Source of the DNA: an uncultured Chloroflexia bacterium | GTDB taxonomy: Bacteria > Chloroflexota > Ktedonobacteria > Ktedonobacterales > JADMIN01 | Direction of reading: 5' to 3' | Length of the DNA stretch: 32,000 nucleotides | Assembly (NCBI GenBank): GCA_963718915.1 | Contig: CAVRAI010000015.1 | Location: forward strand, 810,001 to 842,000 | In this document: one piece after another, positions 1 through 9,502 of the stretch | Position numbering within the stretch: position 1 is the first letter of the stretch | Layout: each line of letters begins with the position of its first letter | Program-made: the position numbers and the translations under genes | The notes under the pieces: model-generated | The model's input: the letters and a program-made list of their open reading frames with translations, nothing else | Database searches by the model: none | Told to the model about the DNA's origin: nothing

Positions 1-1022
1 CAGAACAGGTTCTGCGCCAGCCAGGCGTTACCACCACCCGCGCCGGCAGCGTCACCGCCGACCTGGTAGTAGAAGAAACTGGTCTTATAGGCGCGATCCA
101 GGAGGATCAACACCAGGTCGGCCGAGAAGGAGCTGGTGCCGATGGCCGCCAGCAACGCCGCGCCAAAGATGCCCCAGACCGTCATTGGCAGGCGAGTCCA
201 GGTCATGCCCCGCGTGCGCATCGTCAGCACGGTGGTGATGACATTGACCGCGCCCATGATCGAGGAAGCGCCGATGAGTAGGACGCCCGCCGCGAGCGAG
301 GTCATGCCAACACCTGTCTGGTCAGCGAGTGGAGCATAGAGCGTCCAGCCGGTCTGCACGCCCCCACCCTGACCGTTCATGAGAACGAGGCCAAGGAAAG
401 GCGTGAAGAAGAAGATAATCAGGCCGGGAATCAGCAACGCGATGCTCAGGGCATTCAGCCGTGGGAAGGCCATATCACGCGCGCCGATCATGATCGGCAC
501 GATGAAGTTGCCAAACGGGCCAATGAAGAACGAGATCGTCGCCAGAATCATGATCATGCCATGCATGGTGACGATGGTGTTATAGGTGCCTGTCGGGAAT
601 GCCTTCGCGCCTGGCGTAATCAACTCGGTGCGGATGAGCATGGCTCCCAGGCCGCCTAGCGCCAGCATAATCATCGTGACGACGAGATACTGGATGCCCA
701 CCACCTTGTGGTCGGTGGTGAAGCGGAAGTAGCGCATGGCGCCGCCGTCTTTCCCGGCCAGACGCATCTCTTCTTCGTGGGTAGGATCTTTGCGGGCGAG
801 TAGCCAGGTGAACGGATACTTGAGCGCGCCGATGCCGATCAGCCAGCCGAGGAGCAGGCCGATAAAGCCGATAATCAGCGCCTGTTCGTCGAAGTTGATG
901 CCGCCAACATCGTTACCGACGCCACCCTTCTGGATGAAATCGGTGACAAATTTGTTGCCGATGATGTAGCCAATCGCGCCGAGGACGGCCCCAGAAAAGT
1001 AACTGGGAACGAGTTTCCGCAT
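1..1022 (-). CDS. ctaD: heme-copper (aa3-type) cytochrome c oxidase subunit I, N-terminal ~340 codons; gene continues past the left window edge
   Basis: Absent from the ORF track because no stop lies in the window. Translated by hand from ATG 1022..1020: MRKLVPSYFSGAVLGAIGYIIGNKFVTDFIQKGGVGNDVGG...FTTDHKVVGIQYLVVTMIMLA...TMHGMIMILATISFFIGPFGNFIVPIMIGARDMAFPRLNALSIALLIPG. The TDHK-x-IG-x-Y, T-x-HG and GN-x3-P-x-MIGA-x-DMAFPR-x-N blocks are subunit I hallmarks. The ATG overlaps the stop of the upstream subunit II gene (TAATG). Confidence 0.9.
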   Translation of the reverse strand, partial: MRKLVPSYFSGAVLGAIGYIIGNKFVTDFIQKGGVGNDVGGINFDEQALIIGFIGLLLGWLIGIGALKYPFTWLLARKDPTHEEEMRLAGKDGGAMRYFRFTTDHKVVGIQYLVVTMIMLALGGLGAMLIRTELITPGAKAFPTGTYNTIVTMHGMIMILATISFFIGPFGNFIVPIMIGARDMAFPRLNALSIALLIPGLIIFFFTPFLGLVLMNGQGGGVQTGWTLYAPLADQTGVGMTSLAAGVLLIGASSIMGAVNVITTVLTMRTRGMTWTRLPMTVWGIFGAALLAAIGTSSFSADLVLILLDRAYKTSFFYYQVGGDAAGAGGGNAWLAQNLF

Positions 1023-1861
1023 TATGCAACCCACCCTTCCCGGATGCTATAGGATCGCGCGTCGGCATCCCGTGCCATCCAGGCCAGTGTATTTCCCTGG
1101 CCAGAGATGCGCGCCGATTCGCCAGATTGGAGCGTTGCGACCCAGGAATCAAAGAAATCGGGAGTAACAACCTGTACCGGTGTCTCCATGTAGGAGTGGT
1201 AGACACCGCAGAGTTCCGCGCAGCGTACCTCATAGTTGCCGACCTGTGTTGGTGTAGCGCTGATATGAGTCGTCTGTCCGGGAACGGCGTCCTGCTTGAC
1301 CGCGAACGCTGGAATCCAGAACGAGTGCTGCACGTCGGTCGAGGTAATGTCGAAGCGTACCGGTCGGTTGACGGGCAGAACCAGCGTTGTCGAGGAGATA
1401 TTGCCGTATTGTGGATAGTAGTAGTCCCAGAGCCACTGCTCGCCGTTGACTTTGATGACCAGTGTGTCTTGCGCGGATGCCGAAACCGTCTGGATCTGGT
1501 TATAGAAAGCCAGACCATAGCCAAAGAGGAAGATCACCAGAACAATGGAAATGAGCAACCAGGTGACCTGTAATGGCATGTGACCGCGAATTCCTGGGCC
1601 ATCACCATCTGGGCGGCCGCGCGACCGGAATGCGAACGCGGCGTAGCCTCCGAAGACGACCACCATCATGAAGACGGGAATCGAAAGGAGCGTAAACAGC
1701 CCCAGGACCTGATCGACATCCGAGGCTCGATTGGACGCGACGGCTGGTATTGATCCCCAACTGACGAGTTGTGGGCCAATGAACCAGGCGACCGCCAGGC
1801 CCACAATCGTGGCTATGAGCCAGATGATCGCGGCGCGTAGCAAATGTCTTGGTTCGTTCAT
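1022..1861 (-). CDS. ctaC: cytochrome c oxidase subunit II (CuA subunit)
   Basis: 279-aa ORF. Hydrophobic helices near the N-terminus (AAIIWLIATIVGLAVAWFIG; LFTLLSIPVFMMVVVFGGYAAFAF; VTWLLISIVLVIFLFGYGLAF). These are followed by a cupredoxin domain with DVQHSFWIPAFAVKQDAVPG and the CuA ligand block CAELCGVYHSYM (C-x-E-x-C-x3-H-x2-M). Confidence 0.92.
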   Translation of the reverse strand: MNEPRHLLRAAIIWLIATIVGLAVAWFIGPQLVSWGSIPAVASNRASDVDQVLGLFTLLSIPVFMMVVVFGGYAAFAFRSRGRPDGDGPGIRGHMPLQVTWLLISIVLVIFLFGYGLAFYNQIQTVSASAQDTLVIKVNGEQWLWDYYYPQYGNISSTTLVLPVNRPVRFDITSTDVQHSFWIPAFAVKQDAVPGQTTHISATPTQVGNYEVRCAELCGVYHSYMETPVQVVTPDFFDSWVATLQSGESARISGQGNTLAWMARDADARSYSIREGWVA

Positions 1862-1932
1862 ATTGTATCTCTACCGTGCCTCTCTACTGCTTGCTGTGAA
1901 CTCAGCGACTGTAGCTGCCTCAGGCAACGAGA

Positions 1933-2664
1933 TCACACGACATCAATGGTGCCGGACATGTAGCCTTTGGTAGACATCGGGCCGCCAAATCCATCGAAGC
2001 CAGAGCCGCAGGGATCAAAGCATTGCCAGATGTAATGGCCTGGGCCTTGCGTGACGAAGGAGAACTCGGTGATGACGGGCTTGTTCGGCATGCCGAAATC
2101 GTCGGTGGGGGCACTGTCGTCAACGCCTGTTATTGGTACGCTGACGTAGAGCCAGTCTTGAGCCGAGCTGGGGATCGAGTGGATGGTGAAAGTGTGTGAT
2201 GCATCCTCGGACTTGATACCGCTCACCGTCTGGCCATCGACCGTGATGGTATTGCCCAGCGTCCCCTGCGCCTTGTTGTAAAAGTCATTGAGCAGAGTCG
2301 ATTTGCCGTCGTAGTTCTCGAGAATGATTGTGACGACCGAATGGGCAGGAACCTGGAATGTGGTTGTTGGCCAGTAGGTTACCCAGTCCTGATTGTCACC
2401 CGCCGGTGGAATCGGCGTGCCGTTATCCATGCCGTCAGGGTAGGTCTTCGATATCCAGTCAGGGTCTTCGTAGGGGCTGGCTGGGAAGGTCTGAAGGTGG
2501 AGAGTGACGTGCTTGAGGTTTTTCGCGTCGAGATTGTAGGTTCCGGTGTCTGAAGCCGCCATCAATTTTGGAATGCGGGCGGTGTTGATAAGAGTCACCA
2601 GTACTGCCGCCACGATGGCAGCCCCTACAAGTACTGTCACCAGTGCGCCCAGATATCTGCGCAT
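1933..2664 (-). CDS. membrane-anchored CoxII-like cupredoxin-domain protein with a non-canonical metal-ligand set
   Basis: Track ORF is 1933..2691 (GTG). I prefer ATG 2664, which has GAGGAG 9 nt upstream. One N-terminal TM helix (LGALVTVLVGAAIVAAVLVTLI). A CoxII-like core follows: SHTFTIHSIP ... GHYIWQCFDPCGSGFDGFGGPMSTKGYM. It lies 71 nt upstream of ctaC on the same strand. Confidence 0.6.
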   Translation of the reverse strand: MRRYLGALVTVLVGAAIVAAVLVTLINTARIPKLMAASDTGTYNLDAKNLKHVTLHLQTFPASPYEDPDWISKTYPDGMDNGTPIPPAGDNQDWVTYWPTTTFQVPAHSVVTIILENYDGKSTLLNDFYNKAQGTLGNTITVDGQTVSGIKSEDASHTFTIHSIPSSAQDWLYVSVPITGVDDSAPTDDFGMPNKPVITEFSFVTQGPGHYIWQCFDPCGSGFDGFGGPMSTKGYMSGTIDVV

Positions 2665-3235
2665 ATCTTCCTGCTCCTCTGCGGCCCGCACGATGAAGCG
2701 CCATGCGGGTCACTCGCGACAATTGCAATTGACCATTCCCACGGATGCATGTCCGCATTCCGGGGATTCCTGGGCTGACGATCACACACGCTAACAATCG
2801 AAGTGATGGTGCGCGTGCAGTCGTCATGTCGTGACCCGAAAACTTCAGGCCACCTCCGCAAGCGTGAATTTCCGCAGGCCATGCGGTATGCGTCGGCGCG
2901 ATGATGTCCCGATACGCACAGAAGCGTGTCCGAGAGCATCCGGCATGGTGCTCCGCCTCCGGGATGGCGAGAGCGTCATGCCGCCTGCTTGAGAAACACG
3001 CTGCCTGTTGGTCGTATGGACGCGCACGGCGGCTATATGCAGGTTTACCTCACCTGTGGCCTGTGTAGCATGGTGCAAACTCACTATATTTTCGTAAAGC
3101 GGATAGGTATCGGTCAGAAATCTGGCGCAGTGCAGTTGTAAAGATTGTGAAGAGCACGGCGAATGCGTCGTTACTGGTTGAGCAGTCCATGATGATGCAT
3201 GCTAGAGAACTAGAGAATCGGAAACCAGGTGTTCG

Positions 3236-3994
3236 TTAGATCAGGCCGAGATGCGAAGCTGCCAGTACCGCTTGCAGGCGGGTCTTGACCCCTAGCTTTT
3301 CGATGACACGTGTGACGTGATTGCGTGCGGTCACCCGGCTAATGCCGAGTGCGTTCGCGATCTCGACGGTAGCCATGCCCTGCGCCAGCAACACCAGCAC
3401 CTCGTGCTCGCGCGGGGTGAGATGCTCCAGGGTCAATGTTGGGGCGCTATCGTTGTCCGCACTCTCCGAATGCCTTACTGGCAAGTGGAGAATGCTGCCA
3501 GGATGGTGAAAGACGTCGGCAGCGACCGCGCTGTGCTTCTGGCGCTCGGCATCGTCCGTCACATCCCGGAAAATATGGATAATACAGGCAGAACCATCGA
3601 GCTTGCGCGCGTGAAGGGTGCTCACTTCCAGCCAGCGCGCCGCGCCGTGCTGGGTGACGACGCGAACGCGCAAGGGTGTTTCACTCTGGCGGAAGGTATG
3701 CGCATGTGGATCGGATGAGTGCAACTCGCTGGGACAACGTGTATCGGCAGAATCGGCGTTCTCAATGGTATCGATGACCTCAGGACATATTGGCACATCC
3801 TGAGCATGGAGCAACGTGAGCATCTCTTCACAGGTGCGCCCCAGAGCCATGTCCGTGTCAAAGCCAAGCGTGCGCGAGGCAATCTCGTTCCAGGAGATAA
3901 TCCGGTGCGTATCATCCACCACAAATGTGCCAAATGCCAGTGATTCGGTCGTAATCATTAGCGTCATTGCATGCCGCATTGAGCTCATGCGCAT
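3236..3994 (-). CDS. PAS-sensor / LuxR(GerE)-type HTH transcriptional regulator
   Basis: 252-aa ORF. C-terminal LuxR/GerE HTH: LTPREHEVLVLLAQGMATVEIANALGISRVTARNHVTRVIEKLGVKTRLQAVLAA. N-terminal PAS-like region: FVVDDTHRIISWNEIASRTLGF...RWLEVSTLHARKLDGSACIIHIFRDVT. In-frame ATGs at codons 1, 3, 6, 10 and 13 leave the exact start uncertain. Confidence 0.8.
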   Translation of the reverse strand: MRMSSMRHAMTLMITTESLAFGTFVVDDTHRIISWNEIASRTLGFDTDMALGRTCEEMLTLLHAQDVPICPEVIDTIENADSADTRCPSELHSSDPHAHTFRQSETPLRVRVVTQHGAARWLEVSTLHARKLDGSACIIHIFRDVTDDAERQKHSAVAADVFHHPGSILHLPVRHSESADNDSAPTLTLEHLTPREHEVLVLLAQGMATVEIANALGISRVTARNHVTRVIEKLGVKTRLQAVLAASHLGLI

Positions 3995-4291
3995 TCCCTC
4001 CGCTCGTTTCGAGCATCAGCATGCGCAACCATCCAGCAGGTACGCCTCGTGCGCGGCGTAGATGGCCACCATGCCTGAACTCAGCCAGATAACTTCTTCT
4101 TCGAATGACATCTGTGCTCAGGCGGGGTTAGTGTGTTAAGTCCAGTATCCTGCTCATGTCAAGTAGTCAATTGCGCGTAGCTGGCTCTGGCCCAAGATGA
4201 TGAGCATGCGGCCTTCCAGCGCGACCTGGCGGCGGCGTATCATGGAGTGCAGATACTGGCTGACACGCAATGGCGCAGGAAGGATCGTTCC

Positions 4292-5152
4292 ATGGAACGC
4301 GGCGATGGTGCGGGCGTGAGCGAGCGCTTTGGCGAGGGATTGAGCGCTCGGTGGACACGCACCACACCCAATGGGGGTACACTCGAAACCAGCCCGACCG
4401 GTCTGCGGCTCGCGCTGCCTGATGGCACGCATGCCGGCGTCTATAGCGATGCCCAGATTGACGATTACGGGACGCTGCCGCCGTCGCGTTTTCCCTGGCG
4501 TCCGCCGCTCCATCTGGAAGTGCGCGCGCGCGCGTCGCACCCGGCCCATCCGTCGCGTGAGATGCCGCCAGAACGACTGGAGGACCAGCAGTGGCTGCGG
4601 GGAACGGCGGGTTTCGGTTTCTGGAACTACCCCTTCTCGCTGACGGGCGCGGTCCTTCGTCTGCCCGAGGCTGTCTGGTTCTTCGCGGCGTCTCCACCCT
4701 CGAATATGGCGCTGGTACCCGGATCGGTTGGCTGGGGCTGGAAGGCGCAGGTTGTTCATGCGCATCGACCCGGTGCCGTGCTCGCTGCGCTGCCAACGGC
4801 GGCAGCGGTGGTCTGGGCGCGAGTCAGTCGCCGGGAGCAGATGGCGGCGCGCTGGGTGCAGCGGTTGAGCGGGACGCATGAGGCGGCGCTGGAGGCCAAT
4901 CTGCGCGAGTGGCGTACCTATACCATCGATTGGCGACACGACCGCGTCCGCTTTGCCGTAGATGGTGTGGAGGCGCTCTCTGTGGTGAACCCGCCAACCG
5001 GCCCCCTGGGCTTCGTCGCGTGGATCGATAACCAGTATGCCATCGCCACGCCACGCGGCCAATTTCGCTTCGACACCCTCGCCACCAGCTCCGAATGGCT
5101 CGAAATCGAGTCGCTGCGTATCCTGCCCGGCGCGGATGGCGCGCAGGTGTAA
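4292..5152 (+). CDS. concanavalin-A-like lectin/glucanase fold protein (GH16-like), function unknown
   Basis: Track ORF is 4247..5152 (GTG). ATG 4292 has AGGAAGG 8-9 nt upstream. The protein is W/F/Y-rich with blocks GFGFWNYPF, WRTYTIDWRHDRVRFAVDG and GFVAWIDNQY, typical of ConA-like beta-sandwich glucanase/lectin families. The family call is from motif memory only. The longer antisense ORF 4154..5227 is an Arg/Pro-rich shadow. Confidence 0.5.
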   Translation: MERGDGAGVSERFGEGLSARWTRTTPNGGTLETSPTGLRLALPDGTHAGVYSDAQIDDYGTLPPSRFPWRPPLHLEVRARASHPAHPSREMPPERLEDQQWLRGTAGFGFWNYPFSLTGAVLRLPEAVWFFAASPPSNMALVPGSVGWGWKAQVVHAHRPGAVLAALPTAAAVVWARVSRREQMAARWVQRLSGTHEAALEANLREWRTYTIDWRHDRVRFAVDGVEALSVVNPPTGPLGFVAWIDNQYAIATPRGQFRFDTLATSSEWLEIESLRILPGADGAQV

Positions 5153-5348
5153 ATCAAGCTGGCGGCTGGTAGAATACGCCAGGCTTCGCGGCATGAATGC
5201 TGGAATTGTGCCTGCATACATCAACATCTCAGCTAGATCCGAATAGTAGCATCTAAAAGCAATGACGCTTGAAATACGTGCTTACATATTAACTTGCAAT
5301 AAAGGGAACAAGGCCTGCACTCTTTCCTCCTTCATCGTTGGCTATCGC

Positions 5349-5377
5349 TTGCGTTATGATATGAATTAGGATACAAT
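5349..5377 (+). promoter_or_regulatory. candidate sigma70-type promoter for the lipoprotein/membrane-protein pair
   Basis: TTGCGT (5349-5354), 17 nt, TACAAT (5372-5377). It sits in an AT-rich gap ~155 nt upstream of ATG 5532. Confidence 0.3.
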
Positions 5378-5531
5378 CAGGCACACATCAAGCTACTTCA
5401 CAACAACAATCGGTCAGGTGATTGCTGGCGTGCTTGCGTGTGATTTTTAGAGCGGGCTGTTCAACTGCCTCCTGCTTGATGTGCTTACAAGTATAGTCTC
5501 GTTCGGACTGAGGATGAGGAGTTCGAAAACT

Positions 5532-6542
5532 ATGCAAACCCACCGTTCCCGGCGTTTTATCGTGTTGCTGGAACTATCGCTCGCACTGCTGTTGTCATCA
5601 TGCGGAGTCACTAGCGCACAGCCAGCGCTGACCCACGTACATCCAACTTCCACAACGGCCCCGAAGCCAACGGCTACCCCAGAAACAACAGCTCAGCAAC
5701 TCTCATTAAATCAGGCCGCTTCAGCAGATATTGGTGGGTTGCATGTTTCAAGCGATGGCGTGCAGTGTGAGTCGTGGATCGTTTTGAAGGATGAGCATGC
5801 TACCTATGATGTGGGATCCCTGTCACAATTGAAAGATTACCTTGGCAAGGAGGTATTTAGTGACGATGGTGTTCATGTGATTTTGAACCTGCCCGGCCCA
5901 CTGCCAGCAGCGCCATCTTCGGCGGATGTGGTGCTGGGCAGTATGGGCAACGAGTTTGATACGGACAACTCGTATTCGGTACGCATCTATCAGGTTGAAC
6001 CCATGAACCGTTTTGGTTGCGCAACAGCGCTAACACTTACGAACACGAGCCAAGATAGCATCCAGTTGAGCAAGATGGGCGTGACTTATCTGAGCGCGTC
6101 TACCACCAATAACTTTGCATATCACTTGGTAGATTACTGCACGGTTGAAAGCTGTGGACCTTGTCCATGCGGAGCAGGTCTCAACTGCACATTATTCTCA
6201 TCGCTCACTTTGTCGAGCGGTCCTCTGGGTAAAGAGGTAGATGCGCCTATCGTGGTAGATACTTCTGATTCTTGCATCGGTAGCGGCCGTGTACAGCCCA
6301 CCCTTACACCAGGTCAGAGCGTGGTAATTCTGCTAGAACTACGTTCTGTAGATGCTAGTCAGATCTATCATCTGGGTTTAGCGGCCGATATCGTTACTTC
6401 GACGGGTAGCAGACGCCTGACCTTCCCTTCAGTGTTCAACAGCAATGTCGCTTTCGCGAGTAGAAGTCAGTTTTCATGCTTTGGGCTTCACGGCAATACA
6501 TTCACTCGTGAGGCGTCGGCGGTTAAACCGAGCTGTATATAG
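5532..6542 (+). CDS. orphan secreted lipoprotein with a Cys cluster
   Basis: Track ORF is 5481..6542. ATG 5532 is preceded by GAGGAG (5516-5521). The N-terminus MQTHRSRRFIVLLELSLALLLSSCG is a signal peptide with lipobox L-S-S-C. I recognise no family in the mature part. It contains the Cys cluster DYCTVESCGPCPCGAGLNC. Local GC is ~48-50% by hand count. Confidence 0.6.
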   Translation: MQTHRSRRFIVLLELSLALLLSSCGVTSAQPALTHVHPTSTTAPKPTATPETTAQQLSLNQAASADIGGLHVSSDGVQCESWIVLKDEHATYDVGSLSQLKDYLGKEVFSDDGVHVILNLPGPLPAAPSSADVVLGSMGNEFDTDNSYSVRIYQVEPMNRFGCATALTLTNTSQDSIQLSKMGVTYLSASTTNNFAYHLVDYCTVESCGPCPCGAGLNCTLFSSLTLSSGPLGKEVDAPIVVDTSDSCIGSGRVQPTLTPGQSVVILLELRSVDASQIYHLGLAADIVTSTGSRRLTFPSVFNSNVAFASRSQFSCFGLHGNTFTREASAVKPSCI

Positions 6543-6606
6543 CGCCAGAAACGTGTGGTTATAAGGTCACAATTACCGACTCGTTGAGTCGGTACGGAGG
6601 GGCGTA

Positions 6607-7626
6607 ATGGATGCGAATCGGTCAGATACTCGTGGGCAGGTTCTTGGCCATTTGCAGTGGTTAGCTCAGCTATGGATACGCGGCGCACTTGCCCTTGCTA
6701 GTCTGATTTTTGCAAGCATCCTTGCGATTCTATTTGGATTCAACGTATTCAATGGAAACGCCCCAATAGTAGAACTGATACGTCTTCATCCACTTTTTTC
6801 GCTCGTTGCGGGCGGTCTTTTTATAGCCATCACCTTAACGGCGCTGGTAATGGGCCGGAACTCTAATTCCAACGCTGGCGCTCAATCACGTTCCATTATT
6901 GTTGCGTTTTCTCTCGCAACGCTCAGCACAGCGCTCTTTCTTTCGCTGTTAGCAACAGTGCTTTTTCAGCCCGCCTGGTGCCAAGGGTCACCTTTCTGTC
7001 CAATAACCTACCACCCGAACGGGATCCACGATAGTGCGATGGAGATGTACTTCACCGCATATCAAAGCAAGTTCTACGTTATTACGGGTAATCCAAACAG
7101 CTACAACCTGGACGATCTGCCTGATCAACGCATAGGAGCCGTCATTTCTGGAACAACGTCGGCTAAAACTACGTCGTGCAGCATATTTATCGGCGTTCAT
7201 AGCTTGCGAGATAGCGGATATGACATATTGATCCAGCAGGTATATGTAATTGTCCGTGATGTGCCCGGGTTAACCGGCCATCTCAATGTGTGGCAGCCAG
7301 GATCCAATCTCGTATATCATGGCAATCCCTATCAAGTCATGTATCGGGGCGAACTCCAAGGAGGTGTATTGCGTGCCCAGTATCTTACTGCTCCGGCGGG
7401 GTTTGTACAACTCATGCCGCAAGAGACTGACGCGCTTGACCTTCAAATGTCCTCTCTTGTCCCCGCAGACGTTACATTTCAGGTCAAGATTGTCTATCGT
7501 ATGGCAAATGAGGGAGAGCTACATACCCTGATCCTGCCCCAAGTCTTTGAGGTGGTGTTCTCCAATAACGCAAACTGGCATCCCTATAACCTGGTAAACG
7601 GTCGGTTTGCGCCAGCTACGCCATAG
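6607..7626 (+). CDS. orphan integral membrane protein (3 TM helices plus a ~200-aa beta-rich extracytoplasmic domain)
   Basis: 339-aa ORF starting 64 nt after the lipoprotein gene. Helices: LALASLIFASILAILFGF, LFSLVAGGLFIAITLTALVM, IIVAFSLATLSTALFLSLLATVLF. I recognise no family for the remainder. Confidence 0.6.
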   Translation: MDANRSDTRGQVLGHLQWLAQLWIRGALALASLIFASILAILFGFNVFNGNAPIVELIRLHPLFSLVAGGLFIAITLTALVMGRNSNSNAGAQSRSIIVAFSLATLSTALFLSLLATVLFQPAWCQGSPFCPITYHPNGIHDSAMEMYFTAYQSKFYVITGNPNSYNLDDLPDQRIGAVISGTTSAKTTSCSIFIGVHSLRDSGYDILIQQVYVIVRDVPGLTGHLNVWQPGSNLVYHGNPYQVMYRGELQGGVLRAQYLTAPAGFVQLMPQETDALDLQMSSLVPADVTFQVKIVYRMANEGELHTLILPQVFEVVFSNNANWHPYNLVNGRFAPATP

Positions 7627-7673
7627 CATTAGCGCGTGTTCAATGATGCGATTTCCTTTCATACATGGGATTT

Positions 7674-7696
7674 GCCGCAGGGCTTCAGCCTGCGGC
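7674..7696. terminator. GC-rich hairpin between convergent genes (possible bidirectional terminator)
   Basis: GCCGCAGG (7674-7681) pairs with CCTGCGGC (7689-7696) around a 7-nt loop. It lies between gene ends at 7626 (+) and 7742 (-). There is no flanking U-tract, so terminator function is uncertain. Confidence 0.3.
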
Positions 7697-7741
7697 ATGT
7701 TCGAGCCAGGAAGATATTAGCCATTCAGGGCTTTCAGCGCA

Positions 7742-9401
7742 CTACTCACTCAACTGCTCGATGGTTTCGAGCAGCAGACGGGGCAGTGTCTCGAACGAGT
7801 AGGACATCAGCAGGCGCTCGCCTCGCTGGTGCGCGCCTGCGCCATACGGGCCAAAGTTGACTACCGGCAGTCCCAGCGCCGCGATTTCCGCTAATGGCAG
7901 GGAGTAATCGCCTGCCACTGGCGACGCTTCATCCTCGCGCCAGACTGGCATGTTGGCGGTCAGCGCGGTCAGGTCGGCGGTGGTATCAAGTTGCAAGTAG
8001 CTCATATCTGAGATGAATGGGTAAAACTCCTCGACACTCAGTTGCAGGTCAGGGTGCGCGGCGGCAACCTCCGCGACCGCAGTATGAAGCTCGCAGGGCG
8101 CCGCGGCGATATGCGGATAGTATGGTGGCGAGTAGTAGAGCACGATGGCAGGCCCCTCGCGTCCGCTCAGCGTCCAGAGCGCGTGCGTCATGCGCATGCT
8201 GCGCTCGCGACTGTCGATGCCTTCTGGCAGCCGCCTCCAGGCGTCATCTAATGCCGCGACGACCGCCTCTTCGCCCAGTCGCGCGACACATCCCGCCCGT
8301 AGCTCCCGCCAGGTCAGCACATCTCCAGTGCGCGGCGTGGCTCGTGGCTGCCAGTTCGCGTCATCTTGCGCGGCGACCCAGGCGCGTTCGGCGGAGTCGA
8401 TGCGGGCAAGCGTCCGGGTCAGCACCGCCGTTGCTCGCTCTCGCAACGTCTCGATCAGCTGGTCGGGTGTGGTAGAGAAGGTCAGCACGTTGAGATAGAA
8501 GTAGGCGGCGAACGGCAACTGTACGTCGTAGTGCGCCTTGAGGTCGGCGGCATGGAGTGTGACTGGGGGCGGCGTGCTCTGGCCGCGCACATGATCGCAG
8601 AGATTGGGGTTCATGCTGAGGTCGCCGATCAGTTCCGCGGCCAGCAAGTTGGCGTCCGCGCCGCTGAATGGCTCGCCGACGTGCGACTCGCGGCCAACCA
8701 CCAGGAAGCTCGGCAACAGCTTGCCAATTGTGCCGGTATAGATGTAGCGGTGCGTGTCGCCTTTGTAGCGGGCGGCGGTGTAGTCGGTGTTGAGTCGCGC
8801 CGAGGTACTCCAGGCCGTGCTCGTCGCGGAGGCGCTGCAGAAAGCGCACGGCTTGTAGCACGCCCGCCGACTCGTTCTCTTCGTCGGGGGTTGCCAGAAA
8901 GACGACCGAGAGTGGCAGCGGCCGCTGGCGATTGCGCGCGGCGAGATGGCGCATGATGGCGATATTGGCGGCGACGCCCGACTTCATATCGATCGTGCCA
9001 CGGCCAAGCATCCAGTCGTCGGGATACGCGGCAAGGTCTTCGGCCAGGCCTGGGGTGAAGGCTGCCAGTTCCTCGCGCCGCGCCCACAGTTCCTCCGGGT
9101 CGCGCGCCCACGGTTCGAGCGGACCATAGTCGCCCGTCTCGACGGTATCGAAATGGCCCAGCAACACGATGGCGCGCGCGCTGGCGCCTTTGACAAAGGC
9201 ATAGGCGTTCACCCGTTTAAAATGGTCGCCCTCGACCGAATCGAGACCGCTGGCGGTGTAGGCCTCGGCAAAACCGTCCTTAGTAAGCAGCGCCAGAATT
9301 TCCTGTGCGCACGCGATCTCGCCAGCGCCGGGGCTGATACTGTTCACGCGCACCAGCCGCTCGGTGAAGCGTCGCACATCGTTGTACCACTCGCTGGCCA
9401 T
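7742..9401 (-). pseudogene. M20 family metallohydrolase, RocB-like (~552 aa), split by one extra base as assembled
   Basis: ORFs 8361..9401 and 7742..8716 are the N- and C-terminal halves of one protein. M20 blocks: LLGHFDTV, GRGTIDMKSG, LATPDEENESAG. After ...RDEHGLEYLGA the sensible reading (LNTDYTAARYKGDTHRYIYTGTIGKLLPSFLVVGRESHVGEPF) continues one base downstream. The break is at ~8795 (GGC GCG A CTC AAC). Span is 1660 nt = 3n+1. Confidence 0.75.
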
Positions 9402-9452
9402 CTATTGCCTCCCTCGTGCTGTGGAACCTCTCTATTCGGGCAGTTGCGTCCG

Positions 9453-9462
9453 ATTGTACCAA
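9453..9462 (-). promoter_or_regulatory. candidate extended -10 element (TGGTACAAT on the minus strand) for the RocB-like gene
   Basis: The reverse complement of 9453-9462 is TTGGTACAAT, which fits TGnTAcAAT. It is ~50 nt upstream of ATG 9401. It forms one arm of a 10-bp inverted repeat with 9503-9512. Confidence 0.3.
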
Positions 9463-9502
9463 GCGGCGCATCCCGGCGCAACTGGACGCGAGCGCGCGCT
9501 GA

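Noticed and set aside
3203-3218. Tandem 8-mer TAGAGAAC TAGAGAAT just downstream of the LuxR-type gene
   Set aside because: There are only two units with no further copies or symmetry, which is too small to interpret.
4154-5227. 357-aa minus-strand ORF, longer than the plus-strand ORF it overlaps
   Set aside because: It is Arg/Pro/Ala-rich and low in complexity (e.g. RRREEPDSLGQTKDRARQREG), with no motifs. This is a typical antisense shadow in GC-rich DNA. The plus-strand frame has coherent ConA-like blocks and a Shine-Dalgarno sequence with ATG.
7686-7696. 11-mer TCAGCCTGCGG shared with 19070-19080
   Set aside because: It is a single short GC-rich match with no flanking similarity and no hairpin at the second site, consistent with chance.
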